Under the pieces are notes generated by a model. That model did no database searches. It was not told the origin of the DNA and saw only the letters and a program-made list of their open reading frames with translations. Below, piece by piece: positions 1 through 9,600 of a stretch of 63,736 nt of DNA. The stretch comes from Verrucomicrobiales bacterium (GTDB lineage Bacteria > Verrucomicrobiota > Verrucomicrobiia > Limisphaerales > J093), in assembly GCA_037445715.1 (NCBI GenBank), contig JBBIJZ010000004.1, forward strand, positions 18,194 through 81,929, read 5' to 3'. Positions within the stretch are counted from its first letter, which is position 1; every line of letters starts with the position of its first letter. The position numbers were made by a program, and so were the translations under genes.

Positions 1-324
1 CGACGGGCGTGGCTGAATCCGGAGGCGCTGCCCGCAGTGGCCGGGTGCCTGGAGGAAATCCTGACCTCGCCCGCGCCCGCGGCGGGTGCTTGAGACGCCC
101 CGGTTCCCGGTGACTCTACTCCACCACCCGCGCCCGCAAGAAGGCGCCGGCTTGCCCATGTGCCCTTTCGGCTGGTGACTTGTTCATGACCCCTTCATGG
201 GGAGGCGTGAGGTAGTCCACTTTGCGCTGCGTTCTCCGATGGCAATGAGCCGGCTCGCCCGCAAAACTGCGCGTTGCTTTCCCGCCCGCCCGCGCCAGAC
301 TCGCTGCTCGATTTGGAACCGATC

Positions 325-759
325 ATGAATCCGACCCGCATCTTGCCCGACCTGCAGGCGTCGCTCCTGTGCGAAGACGTCCGCCAGGAGGTCACGGGCA
401 GCTTCATCCTGGTGGGCATCCTCGGCTACGTGCGCGTGCCGCAACTGCCCATCAAGGCGTTCAAGCTGTGTGTCTTCAACCGCTGGACCGCCGGGGTGGG
501 CCAGTTCACCGAGACGGTCCGCTTCACCGCACCGGACAGCACCACCGTGCTGCGCCAGAGCAACGTCCGCTTTGCGCTGCAGGACGCCACCCAGCACGCC
601 ATCAACGTGACCCTCTTCACCGGGGTCGAGTTCACCCAGGCCGGCACGTACTACGTCGAGGTGCTGGTGGATGACGTGATGAAAATCCGCTATCCGGTGC
701 CGCTCCTGGTCCAACCGCCGCCCGGGCCGGCCGCGTCGCCCCCCGCCCCGGCGGCCTGA
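325..759 (+). CDS. hypothetical protein (small, soluble, Pro-rich C-terminal tail)
   Basis: ORF 274..759. I prefer the ATG at 325 (MNPTRILPDL...) over the TTG at 274. The sequence is not low-complexity and has beta-strand-like alternation (FKLCVFNRW, TYYVEVLVDD). It sits 13 nt upstream of the next same-strand ORF. No family recognised. Confidence 0.55.
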   Translation: MNPTRILPDLQASLLCEDVRQEVTGSFILVGILGYVRVPQLPIKAFKLCVFNRWTAGVGQFTETVRFTAPDSTTVLRQSNVRFALQDATQHAINVTLFTGVEFTQAGTYYVEVLVDDVMKIRYPVPLLVQPPPGPAASPPAPAA

Positions 760-771
760 GTCGCGCGCTTC

Positions 772-1776
772 ATGCAAGCGTCCCCCCCCGGCCCGCTCCC
801 GCCGGCGGCCCGGCAACCGTTCACCTGGTCCGGCGTGGCCGCGCTGGCCGTGCGCCCGGGGATGTGGGGTTGGTGTTGGACCCTGCTGGTGGCCCTGACG
901 GTGGGCGGTGCCGCGGGACGCTTTGCCGCCTCCGCCTGGTTGCCCGCGCTGGACCTCGCCGTGCGGCAACTGCCCGATTCGGGCGAAATCCGCACCGGGC
1001 GCTTGTACTGGCCGACGAACGTTGCCACCGAGCTGGTCCACACGCCGTACCTGGCCGTGCGGGTCAATCCCCGGGCCGCACCCGCGCCGGGCCAGGCGGC
1101 CGATGTGGTGATCGAACTGCTCGCCGACGAGGTCAGTGTGCAATCGTTGTTCGGCTACTGGGTGTTCGGTTACCCGCGGAACCGGGTCATCGCGTTGAAC
1201 CGGCCGGAGGTCGAGCCCGCGTGGTCCGCGTGGCGCCCGCATCTGAGCGTGCTGGTCGGCGCCGGCGTGGCGGCGTTCGGCGGGGTGTGCTGGACGTTGG
1301 TCGCGCTGGTGGCGGCACCGGGGGTGCGTCTGCTGGCGGCGCTGTTGCGGCGCGCGGTCACGCTGGGCGGGTGCTGGCGGCTGGTGCTGGCGGCGCTCTT
1401 GCCGGGGGGATTGGTCGTGGCCGGGGGGCTCTTGCTCTATGCCGGGCACGGGTTTCGGCTGTTGGATTTTCTGGTGGCCTTTGGCGTGGCGCACCTGGTG
1501 GGCCCCGGGTTGGCGCTGGGCGCCCTGTGGCGTTTGCCGCGCCGCCGCCCGGTTTCGCCCTTTGCGGAACCGGCGTCAGAAAGCGTCGAGACTCCGGCGA
1601 CGGCGCCTGCGTCCGAATCGCCTTTCGCCGCACCGCCCGCGCCGCAACCCCTGGAAAACCCCTTCGCGCCGCCGCCGCGGTTGGAACACTCCGCTGCGCC
1701 GGAAACCGCCGCTCCGCCGGAATCAACGCCCGAGGCGCCCGGGGTCACCCCCGAACAGCCGCTGAACCCTTCCTGA
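772..1776 (+). CDS. hypothetical polytopic membrane protein with Pro/Ala/Glu-rich C-terminal tail
   Basis: ATG at 772. Several hydrophobic helices (WGWCWTLLVALTVGGAAG, VLVGAGVAAFGGVCWTLVALVAAPG, LVLAALLPGGLVVAGGLLLY) are followed by a PxxP-rich tail. Probably co-transcribed with 325..759. Confidence 0.55.
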   Translation: MQASPPGPLPPAARQPFTWSGVAALAVRPGMWGWCWTLLVALTVGGAAGRFAASAWLPALDLAVRQLPDSGEIRTGRLYWPTNVATELVHTPYLAVRVNPRAAPAPGQAADVVIELLADEVSVQSLFGYWVFGYPRNRVIALNRPEVEPAWSAWRPHLSVLVGAGVAAFGGVCWTLVALVAAPGVRLLAALLRRAVTLGGCWRLVLAALLPGGLVVAGGLLLYAGHGFRLLDFLVAFGVAHLVGPGLALGALWRLPRRRPVSPFAEPASESVETPATAPASESPFAAPPAPQPLENPFAPPPRLEHSAAPETAAPPESTPEAPGVTPEQPLNPS

Positions 1777-1846
1777 GCGCCCCCGGTCGGTGGGTTCCGG
1801 GTGAGTACGGCCAACGGGGCCAGCGGCGCGACCGCCTCGACGGAGC

Positions 1847-3919
1847 CTACCAGGCCAGGGATTCCAGGTACCGCACGCTGAGCGGAAGTTGCTCCAGGAC
1901 CGCGGGCGACTCGTCCTCGATGAAGTAGTGGCTCACCCCGATTTCCTGCGCGGTCCGCAGGATCGCGGGGAGGTCCAACTGCCCGGTGCCCAGCGCCACG
2001 TTGTTGCGCACGTCCTCGTGGCCGGTGAGCCGCCCGGTGGCGGTCCCCACCCGCAGGTCTTTCAAGTGCACCGAAAGCCAGCGGCCGTGGTACTGGCGTA
2101 GCAGTTGGACCGGATCCTGCCCGGCGTGCGCGGCCCAGAAAATGTCCATCTGAAAGGACACCCGATCCGGCCGGGTCTCGCGCACCAACAGGTCAAACAA
2201 GGTCCCCTCGCCGTGCGGTGCGAATTCATCGCCGTGGAGGTGGTAAAAGAACCGCCGCCCGTCCCGGGCCAGGACCTCGCCGGCGCGGTTGAACACGGCG
2301 GCGGCCGCGCGCACCGTGGCCTCGTCCAGCGGCGCCTGATGGGGAATCCAGGCCACCCCCGCCGCCTGTACCCCCAGGGCCCTGGCCTCGGCTGCGACGC
2401 CGTCCGGGTCCGCTGCGCACCGCTCGTAATCGAACAGGGCGGATACCGGCCGGAGCCCGGCCTGGTCCAGCAGGGCGCGGAACCTGGCCGCGGGCAGCCC
2501 GTAGGTGCCGGCCAGTTCGACGAGGCGGAAGCCCAGATTGCGCACCGTCTGCAAGCCCAGGGGAAGGTTCTGCGCCAGCAGGTCGCGCAGGCTGTACAGT
2601 TGCAGTCCCACCGGGCCGTGGAAACTGCGGCTGGTCCCCACGCCCCGCGCCCCCGGGCGCGTGCCACCGTTCAACCACGCATCCAGCCGGGGCGTGTCCC
2701 AGGTGTAGGGCTTGTTCAAAAGGTCGAGGTCGCCGTCGCCGTCCAGGTCGGCCCCGCGCGCTTCGTGCCAGCCGTGGCCCGCGACCAGGACGGTGGGGCG
2801 AAAGTTTCCCCGGCCATCGCCGTACAAAATCCAGGCCGTGGCCTGCGGGTGATCCCGTTGCGGCCCGCGGCCCCACTGGGCCATCTCGGCCACGAACAGG
2901 TCGAGGTGCCCGTCCCGGTTGAAGTCACCCGATTGCAGGCTGTGGCCGTGGACGACCTCCCGTTCGAGCAGTTCGGTGCTGTGCCAGTCGTCGGGATTTT
3001 CCGGCTGCCCGACGCACTCGTAGAGCCGCACCGGACCGGAGGCGTCGCCCGGCGAAATCACGATCTGGGGATACTTCGCGGGCTTGAAGTAGCCGGCCAG
3101 GATCAGTCCCCCCGCCCGGGCGAAGGGGATGCGTTTGAAGGCGCGGTCGCCGGTGTGTTTGAGCCAGGAATCGCACGCCAGCAGATCGAGTTGCCCGTCT
3201 GCGTCCACGTCGAACGCCGAGAGGCCCTCGAGGTACGGCACGCCCGCGGGCCGGGCGTTGGTCAGGATGGGTGTCAGCGGCCAGGCGGCGGCGTGGCGCG
3301 GGTCGGGCGGAATTTCGGCCAGGAACAGCGTCCGGGCCTGCTGGTTCCAAAAGGCCAGTTGGGGCCGGCCGGTGCCCAGAAAGTCCCCGAAGCACTGGTC
3401 GTGATGCTGGGGGGCGCCGCCGGACTTGATGAGGTGCCGCGGCCAGGGCTTCGACGGGTCAAAGTGCGGCGCGGGGTTCTCCCACCACCAGACCTCGCTG
3501 CTTTGCCAGTCGCCGCCGAAGACCACGTCCGGGTCGCCGTCGCCGTCAATGTCCTGCACCGCCCCGCCGGCCTCGAGGGTCAGAAAGGCCGGCTCAATGA
3601 CCCGGGCCTCCCAGCCCGTGGCGGTGCGCCGATACCACGTCAGCGCCGGCGGCTTTTGCCGGCAGGCGAGGAGGAAATCGTTCCGCCCGTCCCCGTCGAA
3701 ATCGCCCACCACCACGCCGGTCTGCTGGGTCGAGCCGCCCGGCGGCGGGGGAAGGTCTCCGCCACGACTGGAGAGATGTTGCCAGCCCGGGTCGGGCGCG
3801 GCCACGGCGACGAGCGCCAGTAGAAAAACCGCCGTGCATCGGCGGCACGCAGCCGCCGGGAGCATTGGCGGGGGCGGGGCGCCGAAAGGAGGTTGGCGGT
3901 ACGGGAGTGATTTCTTCAT
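1847..3919 (-). CDS. secreted FG-GAP/VCBS-repeat protein fused to a xylose-isomerase-like TIM-barrel (sugar phosphate isomerase/epimerase) domain
   Basis: 690-aa ORF with an N-terminal signal-like segment. It has repeated FG-GAP calcium-binding motifs (GDFDGDGRNDF, DIDGDGDPDVVF, DVDADGQLDLL, GDFNRDGHLDLF, ADLDGDGDLDLL). The C-terminal ~270 aa is typical of AP-endonuclease-2/xylose-isomerase-like barrels (GLQLYSLRD..., FFYHLHGDEF, FQMDIFW, SVHLKD, HYFIEDE). Confidence 0.85.
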   Translation of the reverse strand: MKKSLPYRQPPFGAPPPPMLPAAACRRCTAVFLLALVAVAAPDPGWQHLSSRGGDLPPPPGGSTQQTGVVVGDFDGDGRNDFLLACRQKPPALTWYRRTATGWEARVIEPAFLTLEAGGAVQDIDGDGDPDVVFGGDWQSSEVWWWENPAPHFDPSKPWPRHLIKSGGAPQHHDQCFGDFLGTGRPQLAFWNQQARTLFLAEIPPDPRHAAAWPLTPILTNARPAGVPYLEGLSAFDVDADGQLDLLACDSWLKHTGDRAFKRIPFARAGGLILAGYFKPAKYPQIVISPGDASGPVRLYECVGQPENPDDWHSTELLEREVVHGHSLQSGDFNRDGHLDLFVAEMAQWGRGPQRDHPQATAWILYGDGRGNFRPTVLVAGHGWHEARGADLDGDGDLDLLNKPYTWDTPRLDAWLNGGTRPGARGVGTSRSFHGPVGLQLYSLRDLLAQNLPLGLQTVRNLGFRLVELAGTYGLPAARFRALLDQAGLRPVSALFDYERCAADPDGVAAEARALGVQAAGVAWIPHQAPLDEATVRAAAAVFNRAGEVLARDGRRFFYHLHGDEFAPHGEGTLFDLLVRETRPDRVSFQMDIFWAAHAGQDPVQLLRQYHGRWLSVHLKDLRVGTATGRLTGHEDVRNNVALGTGQLDLPAILRTAQEIGVSHYFIEDESPAVLEQLPLSVRYLESLAW

Positions 3920-4037
3920 GGGATGCCCACCACGTTACCTCGCGCGGCGCGGGGCGCGCGAGCCTTTCCGCGTCAGGTTCCCGGAGCACAACCGGGGCGC
4001 GAGGCCGAGTCGGCGCCGCCGGCTTCGAGCGAATGGT

Positions 4038-5456
4038 TCACCGCGCGGCGGCGGGAAGACCGGCGTTTTCCCCAAAAGTCCGGGCCAGGGCCTCGGCCAC
4101 CACGCGGGAGCCGCGCGCGTTGAGGTGGGTGTCAAAGAGGGTGTTGAACAGCGGCTGGCCGTGCTGCCGGGTGTCCGCCACCAGTGCCAGGGTCAGGTCC
4201 ACGAACCCGAGGCCGTGCCGGGCGCACCAATCGGCGAGCGCCGCGGGCAGATCGGTCGGCGTCCAGCGCGCCGTGGCTGCCTCGGCCTCCGCGCTGAATT
4301 CCAGCCGCCCGTGCCAGACGCGTTGTTTGACGGGCATGAAGACCAGCCAGGGTTGTGCCTTTCGTTCGCGGGCCAGCGCGGCGAAGCGGCTGAGGAAGTC
4401 TTCCAGCGCGGCGCGCGTTTCCGGGTCCACCTCCGCCCAGGCCGGCGGCGGCGGGCTCAGGGTGACCGCCACCCGGCCGGTGGCGCCGAGGAAATACGCC
4501 TCGACGGGAATCCGCGGCGGCGGGGGCGGCGGCGCCGCGAAGCGCGCCCGCCACGCTTCGCCCCAGGCGCGGAGCAGGGAAGTTTGCGGCACCGACTTGC
4601 GGTGCGGTCGCTGGCCGGTGGTCTGAAAGCGGCGCTCGGCGGCGCGCTCGATTCGCAGGTCCGCCAGGTCGTTGCCTTCATAAAACACCACCACCAGATG
4701 GCGCGTGGCGGGGGACTGCCCGAACTCGGCCAGGTAGGTCAGGTGACTCAACGGCCCGGTGTTGGAAACACCCAGGTTGCGGACCCGCCACCCCAGCCGC
4801 CGGCCCAGCAACGTGGTGAAGAGGTCCTCTTCCGGCAGATGGCCCAGCTCGGTGAACGAGTCGCCGGCCACGGCCACTTCCCACGCCCGCAGGTCGGGCG
4901 GGTTGCGAAACCCCTGGGCGTCGTAGCGCACCTCGATCACCGGCTCGTCGGCGTAGGCCGCGGCATCCAACCCCTGCGCCCGCAGGGCCGCGCGCACCGG
5001 TTGACCGGTCCAGGACATCGGCCCCGGCCGGCGGAAAAAGACCGTGCCGCAGGGCACGTCGGGCCGGAGATAAAACGGCGGCAGTTGACGCAGCCGCGCG
5101 GTTTGTCGGCGGAAATCGTGGCCGAGGGCGCGGAAAAACAACTCGAGTGCCGCCACCGCCAGGAGGACCGTCATCACCACCACGCAGACGCGGCGGCTCA
5201 GCCGGCTGAGCGCGGCTTGGGGCGGCCGGGCACCGAGCAGGGCCAGTGTGGCAGCGAGCGCCAACAGGGGCTTTTGCCACCGCCACCAGTGAACGGCCAG
5301 TTCGGGGCGACTGCCGAGCATCCAAGCCGCGCCGCACAGCAAGCCAGCCGCCACCAGGTGCAAGGCAAGGTGGAATCGGCGGCTGACGCCCGTCGTGGGC
5401 CGGACACGATTCTGGGGGACCGGCGACGATGCTGGGAGCGGCTGCCGATTTTGCAT
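4038..5456 (-). CDS. membrane-anchored SGNH/GDSL-type hydrolase or acyltransferase (AlgX/AlgJ-like)
   Basis: 472-aa ORF with ATG at 5456 and N-terminal TM helices. It carries a GDS block (VAVAGDSFTE), a block III-like YEGNDL and a C-terminal DTHLNARG (DxxH block V). Confidence 0.7.
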   Translation of the reverse strand: MQNRQPLPASSPVPQNRVRPTTGVSRRFHLALHLVAAGLLCGAAWMLGSRPELAVHWWRWQKPLLALAATLALLGARPPQAALSRLSRRVCVVVMTVLLAVAALELFFRALGHDFRRQTARLRQLPPFYLRPDVPCGTVFFRRPGPMSWTGQPVRAALRAQGLDAAAYADEPVIEVRYDAQGFRNPPDLRAWEVAVAGDSFTELGHLPEEDLFTTLLGRRLGWRVRNLGVSNTGPLSHLTYLAEFGQSPATRHLVVVFYEGNDLADLRIERAAERRFQTTGQRPHRKSVPQTSLLRAWGEAWRARFAAPPPPPPRIPVEAYFLGATGRVAVTLSPPPPAWAEVDPETRAALEDFLSRFAALARERKAQPWLVFMPVKQRVWHGRLEFSAEAEAATARWTPTDLPAALADWCARHGLGFVDLTLALVADTRQHGQPLFNTLFDTHLNARGSRVVAEALARTFGENAGLPAAAR

Positions 5457-5474
5457 CCGGCGGCCGGGAGCGTT

Positions 5475-5777
5475 TCAGTGCGGCATCAGCCGGCGCAGCC
5501 GCAGGAAGCCGCGGGCCACCCGCCACAAGGGTGCCGCCAGGGCCGACCAGCGCGCCAGACGCGGCAGGCGTTTGCCCAGAACCAGGCCGGCCAGCGGCAG
5601 GCCCACCAGCAGGAGTGGCCGGTAGCGCGCGTAAAGGGAAGGCACCGTCCCCACCCACGTCAGTTGGCGGGCCACTTCCCCCGCCACGGCCGTCACACGT
5701 TCGCGGTCCCGGGCGCAGTCGGCCGCCAAGCTGCGACTGCGTTCGGCCAGGCGGGTCAGGTCTTGTTCCCAAAACAT
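5475..5777 (-). CDS. YqjK-like small membrane protein
   Basis: Internal ATG at 5777 of ORF 5475..5927 gives a 100-aa protein (MFWEQDLTRLAERSRSLAADCARDRERV...). It has a coiled segment, one TM helix (LLLVGLPLAGLVLG) and a basic tail. It is the third gene after the yqjD- and yqjE-like genes, as in the E. coli yqjD-yqjE-yqjK arrangement. The start overlaps the upstream gene by 22 nt. Confidence 0.5.
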   Translation of the reverse strand: MFWEQDLTRLAERSRSLAADCARDRERVTAVAGEVARQLTWVGTVPSLYARYRPLLLVGLPLAGLVLGKRLPRLARWSALAAPLWRVARGFLRLRRLMPH

Positions 5778-6154
5778 GCGCGGTCCTTGCGGAGTTCCTC
5801 GAGTGTGCCGGCAAAGGGCTTCGGCCCGGCGTGCAGGCGGCGTCGGATGCTGGCCAGCAGCCCCGCGGCGCTCACACCGTAGAGGAGGGTGACCCCTGCC
5901 AGGACCAGCACAGGGGAAGTGTGCCACAGGGCGACCACCACGGTGGCGGTGGCGGCCACCAGGGTCAGCATCCCCAGCACCACCAGGGCCGCGGCCCGCA
6001 CCAGTAAGTCCAGGGCCCGGGCCTTTTCGACCTGCAGCTCGACGGCAAACAACTCCAGCCGGTGCTCGGCCGCGGCCAACACAGCTTCGGCGAGCCGGCG
6101 GAGAGCGCCGAACATGCCCCCTCCCGGCGTGGAACCGGATGCGGCGTCGGCCAT
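5756..6154 (-). CDS. YqjE-like inner-membrane protein (DUF1469 / holin-X-like family)
   Basis: 132 aa. The segment RLELFAVELQVEKARALDLL matches my recollection of E. coli YqjE (RLRLAVVELEEEKANLFQLL). It is followed by two TM helices and lies directly downstream of the elaB/yqjD-like gene. Confidence 0.7.
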   Translation of the reverse strand: MADAASGSTPGGGMFGALRRLAEAVLAAAEHRLELFAVELQVEKARALDLLVRAAALVVLGMLTLVAATATVVVALWHTSPVLVLAGVTLLYGVSAAGLLASIRRRLHAGPKPFAGTLEELRKDRACFGNKT

Positions 6155-6492
6155 GCGGTCAACGGCGGTTGATCAGCACGCCCAGCAGCACCCCCACGCC
6201 GAAGGCCACGCCCATGCTTTCGTAGGGGTGGTCGCGGATGACGCGGTCGGCCGCCCTGGCGCCGGCGACAGCGCGGTCTTCGAGGCGGCGACAGGTCTCC
6301 TTGGCCTTGGCGAGGGATTCTTGCAGGCGGGCGCGCAGTTCGGCGGCCTTTTCGCCGGCCTCTTCGGCGCCGGACTTCAAGAACTGCTCGGCGTCGTGAA
6401 TCAACACGCGCAGGTCTTCCACGAGTTTTTCCCGGGGCAGTCCGGAGGCTTCGGGTGTCATGTTGTGGTAATGCTCTTCCATAGCGTCTTGG
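6136..6492. repeat. direct repeat copy 1 (357 bp; full elaB/yqjD-like gene plus first 19 nt of yqjE-like gene)
   Basis: Base-by-base comparison by eye with 11708..12064 (offset 5572) shows one mismatch only, T at 6477 versus C at 12049. Confidence 0.9.
6159..6482 (-). CDS. ElaB/YqjD/DUF883-family stress-associated, C-tail-anchored membrane protein (copy 1)
   Basis: 107-aa protein from the internal ATG at 6482 (MEEHYHNMTPE...). The pattern is typical of DUF883: a helical region, then RDHPYESMGVAFGVGVLLGVLINRR as the C-terminal anchor. The longer 187-aa ORF extension has no supporting features. Confidence 0.85.
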   Translation of the reverse strand: MEEHYHNMTPEASGLPREKLVEDLRVLIHDAEQFLKSGAEEAGEKAAELRARLQESLAKAKETCRRLEDRAVAGARAADRVIRDHPYESMGVAFGVGVLLGVLINRR

Positions 6493-6675
6493 TGGACAAG
6501 GTGCCTGAACAGCGAGCCGGTGTCAAAGCCGGGCTGTTCGGTGAGATTGCGCCGGGTGTGCCGCGGGGCCGAATCTGCAACGAGGCTCCAGAACAGATGG
6601 ACGGCCAGGCACTTGACGCAGGGATGCCGGCCATGTAAAAAGACGTTCAAGCACGCCCAACCAAGGAAGGTGCCC

Positions 6676-9600
6676 ATGAAGCCGAGCAACATTGAACCGT
6701 TCCTCCTCCTGGGGCTGGCCATGCACGTGGGAATCCCCGCCGGGACCTGTCAGGTTCCACCCTCTTTTGTGGCGAGTGGTGGTGTGTACCTGCCGAACGA
6801 GGGGAATTACCCCTCAGCCGCCTGGGCCGACATCAACGGTGATGGCTGGGTGGATTTGTTCGTCACCGGCTCAACGGACAGCCCGAATCAAACGCGTTGG
6901 TGTGCCTTTTTCACCAACCAGCGGAATGGATCGTTCCTCTGGCAGCCGTGGTTTCCCGACGTAACGGCGGGCTGGAGCGGGTGCACGTGGGGGGATTACG
7001 ACAACGATGGCCACGTGGACCTTTTCCTGGCGCGAAGCACGGGCGGCCCGGGCCGGCTTTTCCGAAACCTGGGGGGCGGAAACTTCCGCATGGTCACCAC
7101 CTGGTTCGACCACGGGGAAGGGTGGATTGAGGAAAGACCCTGGGGCATTTGGGGAGCCGCCGGTGCCGCAGCTTGGGGAGATTTTGACGGAGACGGTTAC
7201 CTGGACCTGTTTCTGACCAATCCCTGGGGTCCCTGCAGTTTATGGCGCAACAGCAGGGACGGGTTGTTGGTGCCGGTGAGTAACAGCGAGGTGGAGCAAA
7301 TCATCGGAGGCCGCGGCTGTGCCTGGGGCGATTACGACAATGACGGGGATGCGGACCTCTTCGTTGCGGTCGGGGACAACCGCAACAATGCCCTGTTCCG
7401 CAATGAACAGGGGAGTCTGGTCCGCATCACCACCGGTGACGTGGTCAACGACGGCGGCTACTCCATGAGTGGCGCCTGGGGAGATTACGACCAGGACGGA
7501 AACCTGGACTTGTACGTGGCCAATCGCTATGGCCCCAACTTCCTGTACCACAACAATGGCGACGGCTCCTTCACACGGGTGACGCGGGGTCCTTTGGTCG
7601 AGGACGTGGCTGATTCCAACGGCTGCACCTGGGCGGATTACGACAATGACAGCCACCTGGACTTGTTTGTGGCCAATTTCTCCCGCTCATTCGAAGGCTT
7701 GGGAGAGGACCCGCTGGTGCTCGTCTATCGCAACCTGGGCAACGGAACTTTTCACCGGAAAACTGAAATTATCGAGGCGGGGGTGACGATGGCCACGGTG
7801 CTCGATGACTACGACCGCGATGGGTTTCTGGACCTCTTTGTGAGCCAGGGCAAAAATACGGAAACCGGCAGCCACACTTTCCGCAACCTGGGCAACTCCA
7901 ATCACTGGCTGCGTGTCCGGTTGCAGCCCGCGCCAGGCCGCACCCATCTCGGGTCGCGGGTCCGGGTGCAAACCGTGACCCAAGGAGCCCCCCGCTGGCA
8001 AATGCGTGAGGTGGTGGCCTACGACGGTTGGGGCGGCTCCAGCGATGTCGCCCATTTCGGCCTGGGTTCGGCTGAAGAAGTGGAGGAACTGCAGGTGCGC
8101 TGGCCTTCCGGCGCCGTCAGCACGTACCGTCGCGTGGCGGCAAACCAGTTGCTCACCGTGCGCGAAGCCGGACCACCGTTGCAGATCAGTCCCGACCACA
8201 ACTTCTTCTCGGGCAGCCTGCAGGTGACCATCACCAACCTCCGTCCGGACAGCGAAGTGCGGTACACGGTGGATGGTACCGAACCCACCGCCGATTCCCT
8301 GCTCTATTCGGGACCCATCTCGCTGACACGGTCCACCCTGGTGCGGGCGCTGCTGTTCAGGGGCGGGCAGGCAGTGTCGGAGGAGGTGAAGGCGCTATTC
8401 TTGGAGGAACGCTGGAACGACAGCATACCCGGCTCCTGGCGGGAGGCGCATTTTGGCCCTGCTTGGTTCGAGCGGGACGATGTCGCCGCCCTCGCCGATG
8501 CGGATGACGACGGGGCCAACACCCTGCAGGAATGGCTGGCCGACACCGACCCGACGGACCCCGCCTCGCACCCAGCCGAGCCTGTCCCGTTGCTGGTGCT
8601 GGACCCGCCCGGCGGCCAGTTCATGCTGGAGGTGAGTATCCGCACCGAATCCCCGGTGGCTGGTGCCGCCATCCGCTACACCGTGGATGGCTCCGAGCCC
8701 GGCGCCGGGGCCCCACTCCTCAGCGAGGGGCGTACCACGCTGACCGAATCGGCCACACTAAAGGCCCGGGCATTCTACGCGGGCAACCCGGTGTCGCCGG
8801 TGGTCGAGGGGACCTATACCATCCTGCCCGCGGCCCCGCGCTTTGTGCGGCAGCCGGTAGGTCATGCCGTCCTGGCCGGAGAAACCGTCGAAATGGTCGT
8901 CGAGGTGGCGGGCACGCCGCCGCTGACGTTTCAATGGTGGTTCCACGACACCGCTTTGCCCGGGGCCCACGAGCCGGTGCTCCGGCTGCCGCAGGTCCGA
9001 CCCGAGCAGGCCGGCATTTACCGGGTACAGGTGAGCAATGCCCTGGGAGCGGTGACCAGCGATCCGGCCGTGCTGGTGGTGAACGAGCCGCCGCGGATTC
9101 TGAGTCCCCCGCAAGCGGTCAGCGTCCCCGAGGGGGCGCCGGCCACCTTCACCGTGGAAGCCGCCGGAACTCCGCCTTTGACCTTTGAGTGGTACCGCAA
9201 CAACGTTCGCCTGCCCGACGCCCCCAATGCTCCGCGGTTCACCATCGCCGCGGTGACACCTGAAGATGCGGGCCAGTACCACGTGCGCGTGCTCAGCCCG
9301 TTTGGGGAGGCCAGCAGCCCGGCGGTGCCGCTCACCGTGACCGCCCCGCCCCTGCTGCCCGAGATTCTTGCCCATCCGGTCGGGGTCGAGCAAAGGGAGG
9401 GGGAAGCCGCGGCATTGGCCGTCACTGCCATTGGCGCCGGGCCGTTGACCTTCCAGTGGTACCGCAACGGTCAGCCCCTCCCGGAGGCCACCACCGCCCG
9501 CCTGGAATGGGCCGCGTTGCGACGGGACGACGCCGGGACCTACTGGGTCGAGGTGCGCAACACCGCGGGTAGTGTGGTATCCCAGCCCGTGGTGGTACGC

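Noticed and set aside
15-25. 11-nt identity (GAATCCGGAGG) between the first 25 nt and the last 12 nt (63725..63735) of the window, raising the idea of a circular element or terminal repeat
   Set aside because: The match is too short and the flanks do not align. It is compatible with chance in 64 kb of biased composition.
1-93. Open frame running from the window edge to TGA at 91..93 (RRAWLNPEALPAVAGCLEEILTSPAPAAGA*), possibly the 3' end of a plus-strand gene
   Set aside because: Only 30 codons are visible and there is no motif. This cannot be supported from the window alone.
184-1494. 436-aa minus-strand ORF, with similar long antisense or off-frame ORFs at 3426..5882, 13800..15716, 18885..20078, 19981..21180, 21440..23449, 25398..26828, 29119..31200, 31455..32699, 40318..42495, 42476..43588, 43646..44764, 45020..46111, 48928..50577, 50447..52471, 56386..58587, 59440..61617 and 61223..62593
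   Set aside because: All overlap recognisable genes on the other strand or in another frame. All have extreme Arg/Pro/Gly/His/Gln composition and no family motifs, as expected for open non-coding frames in very GC-rich DNA.
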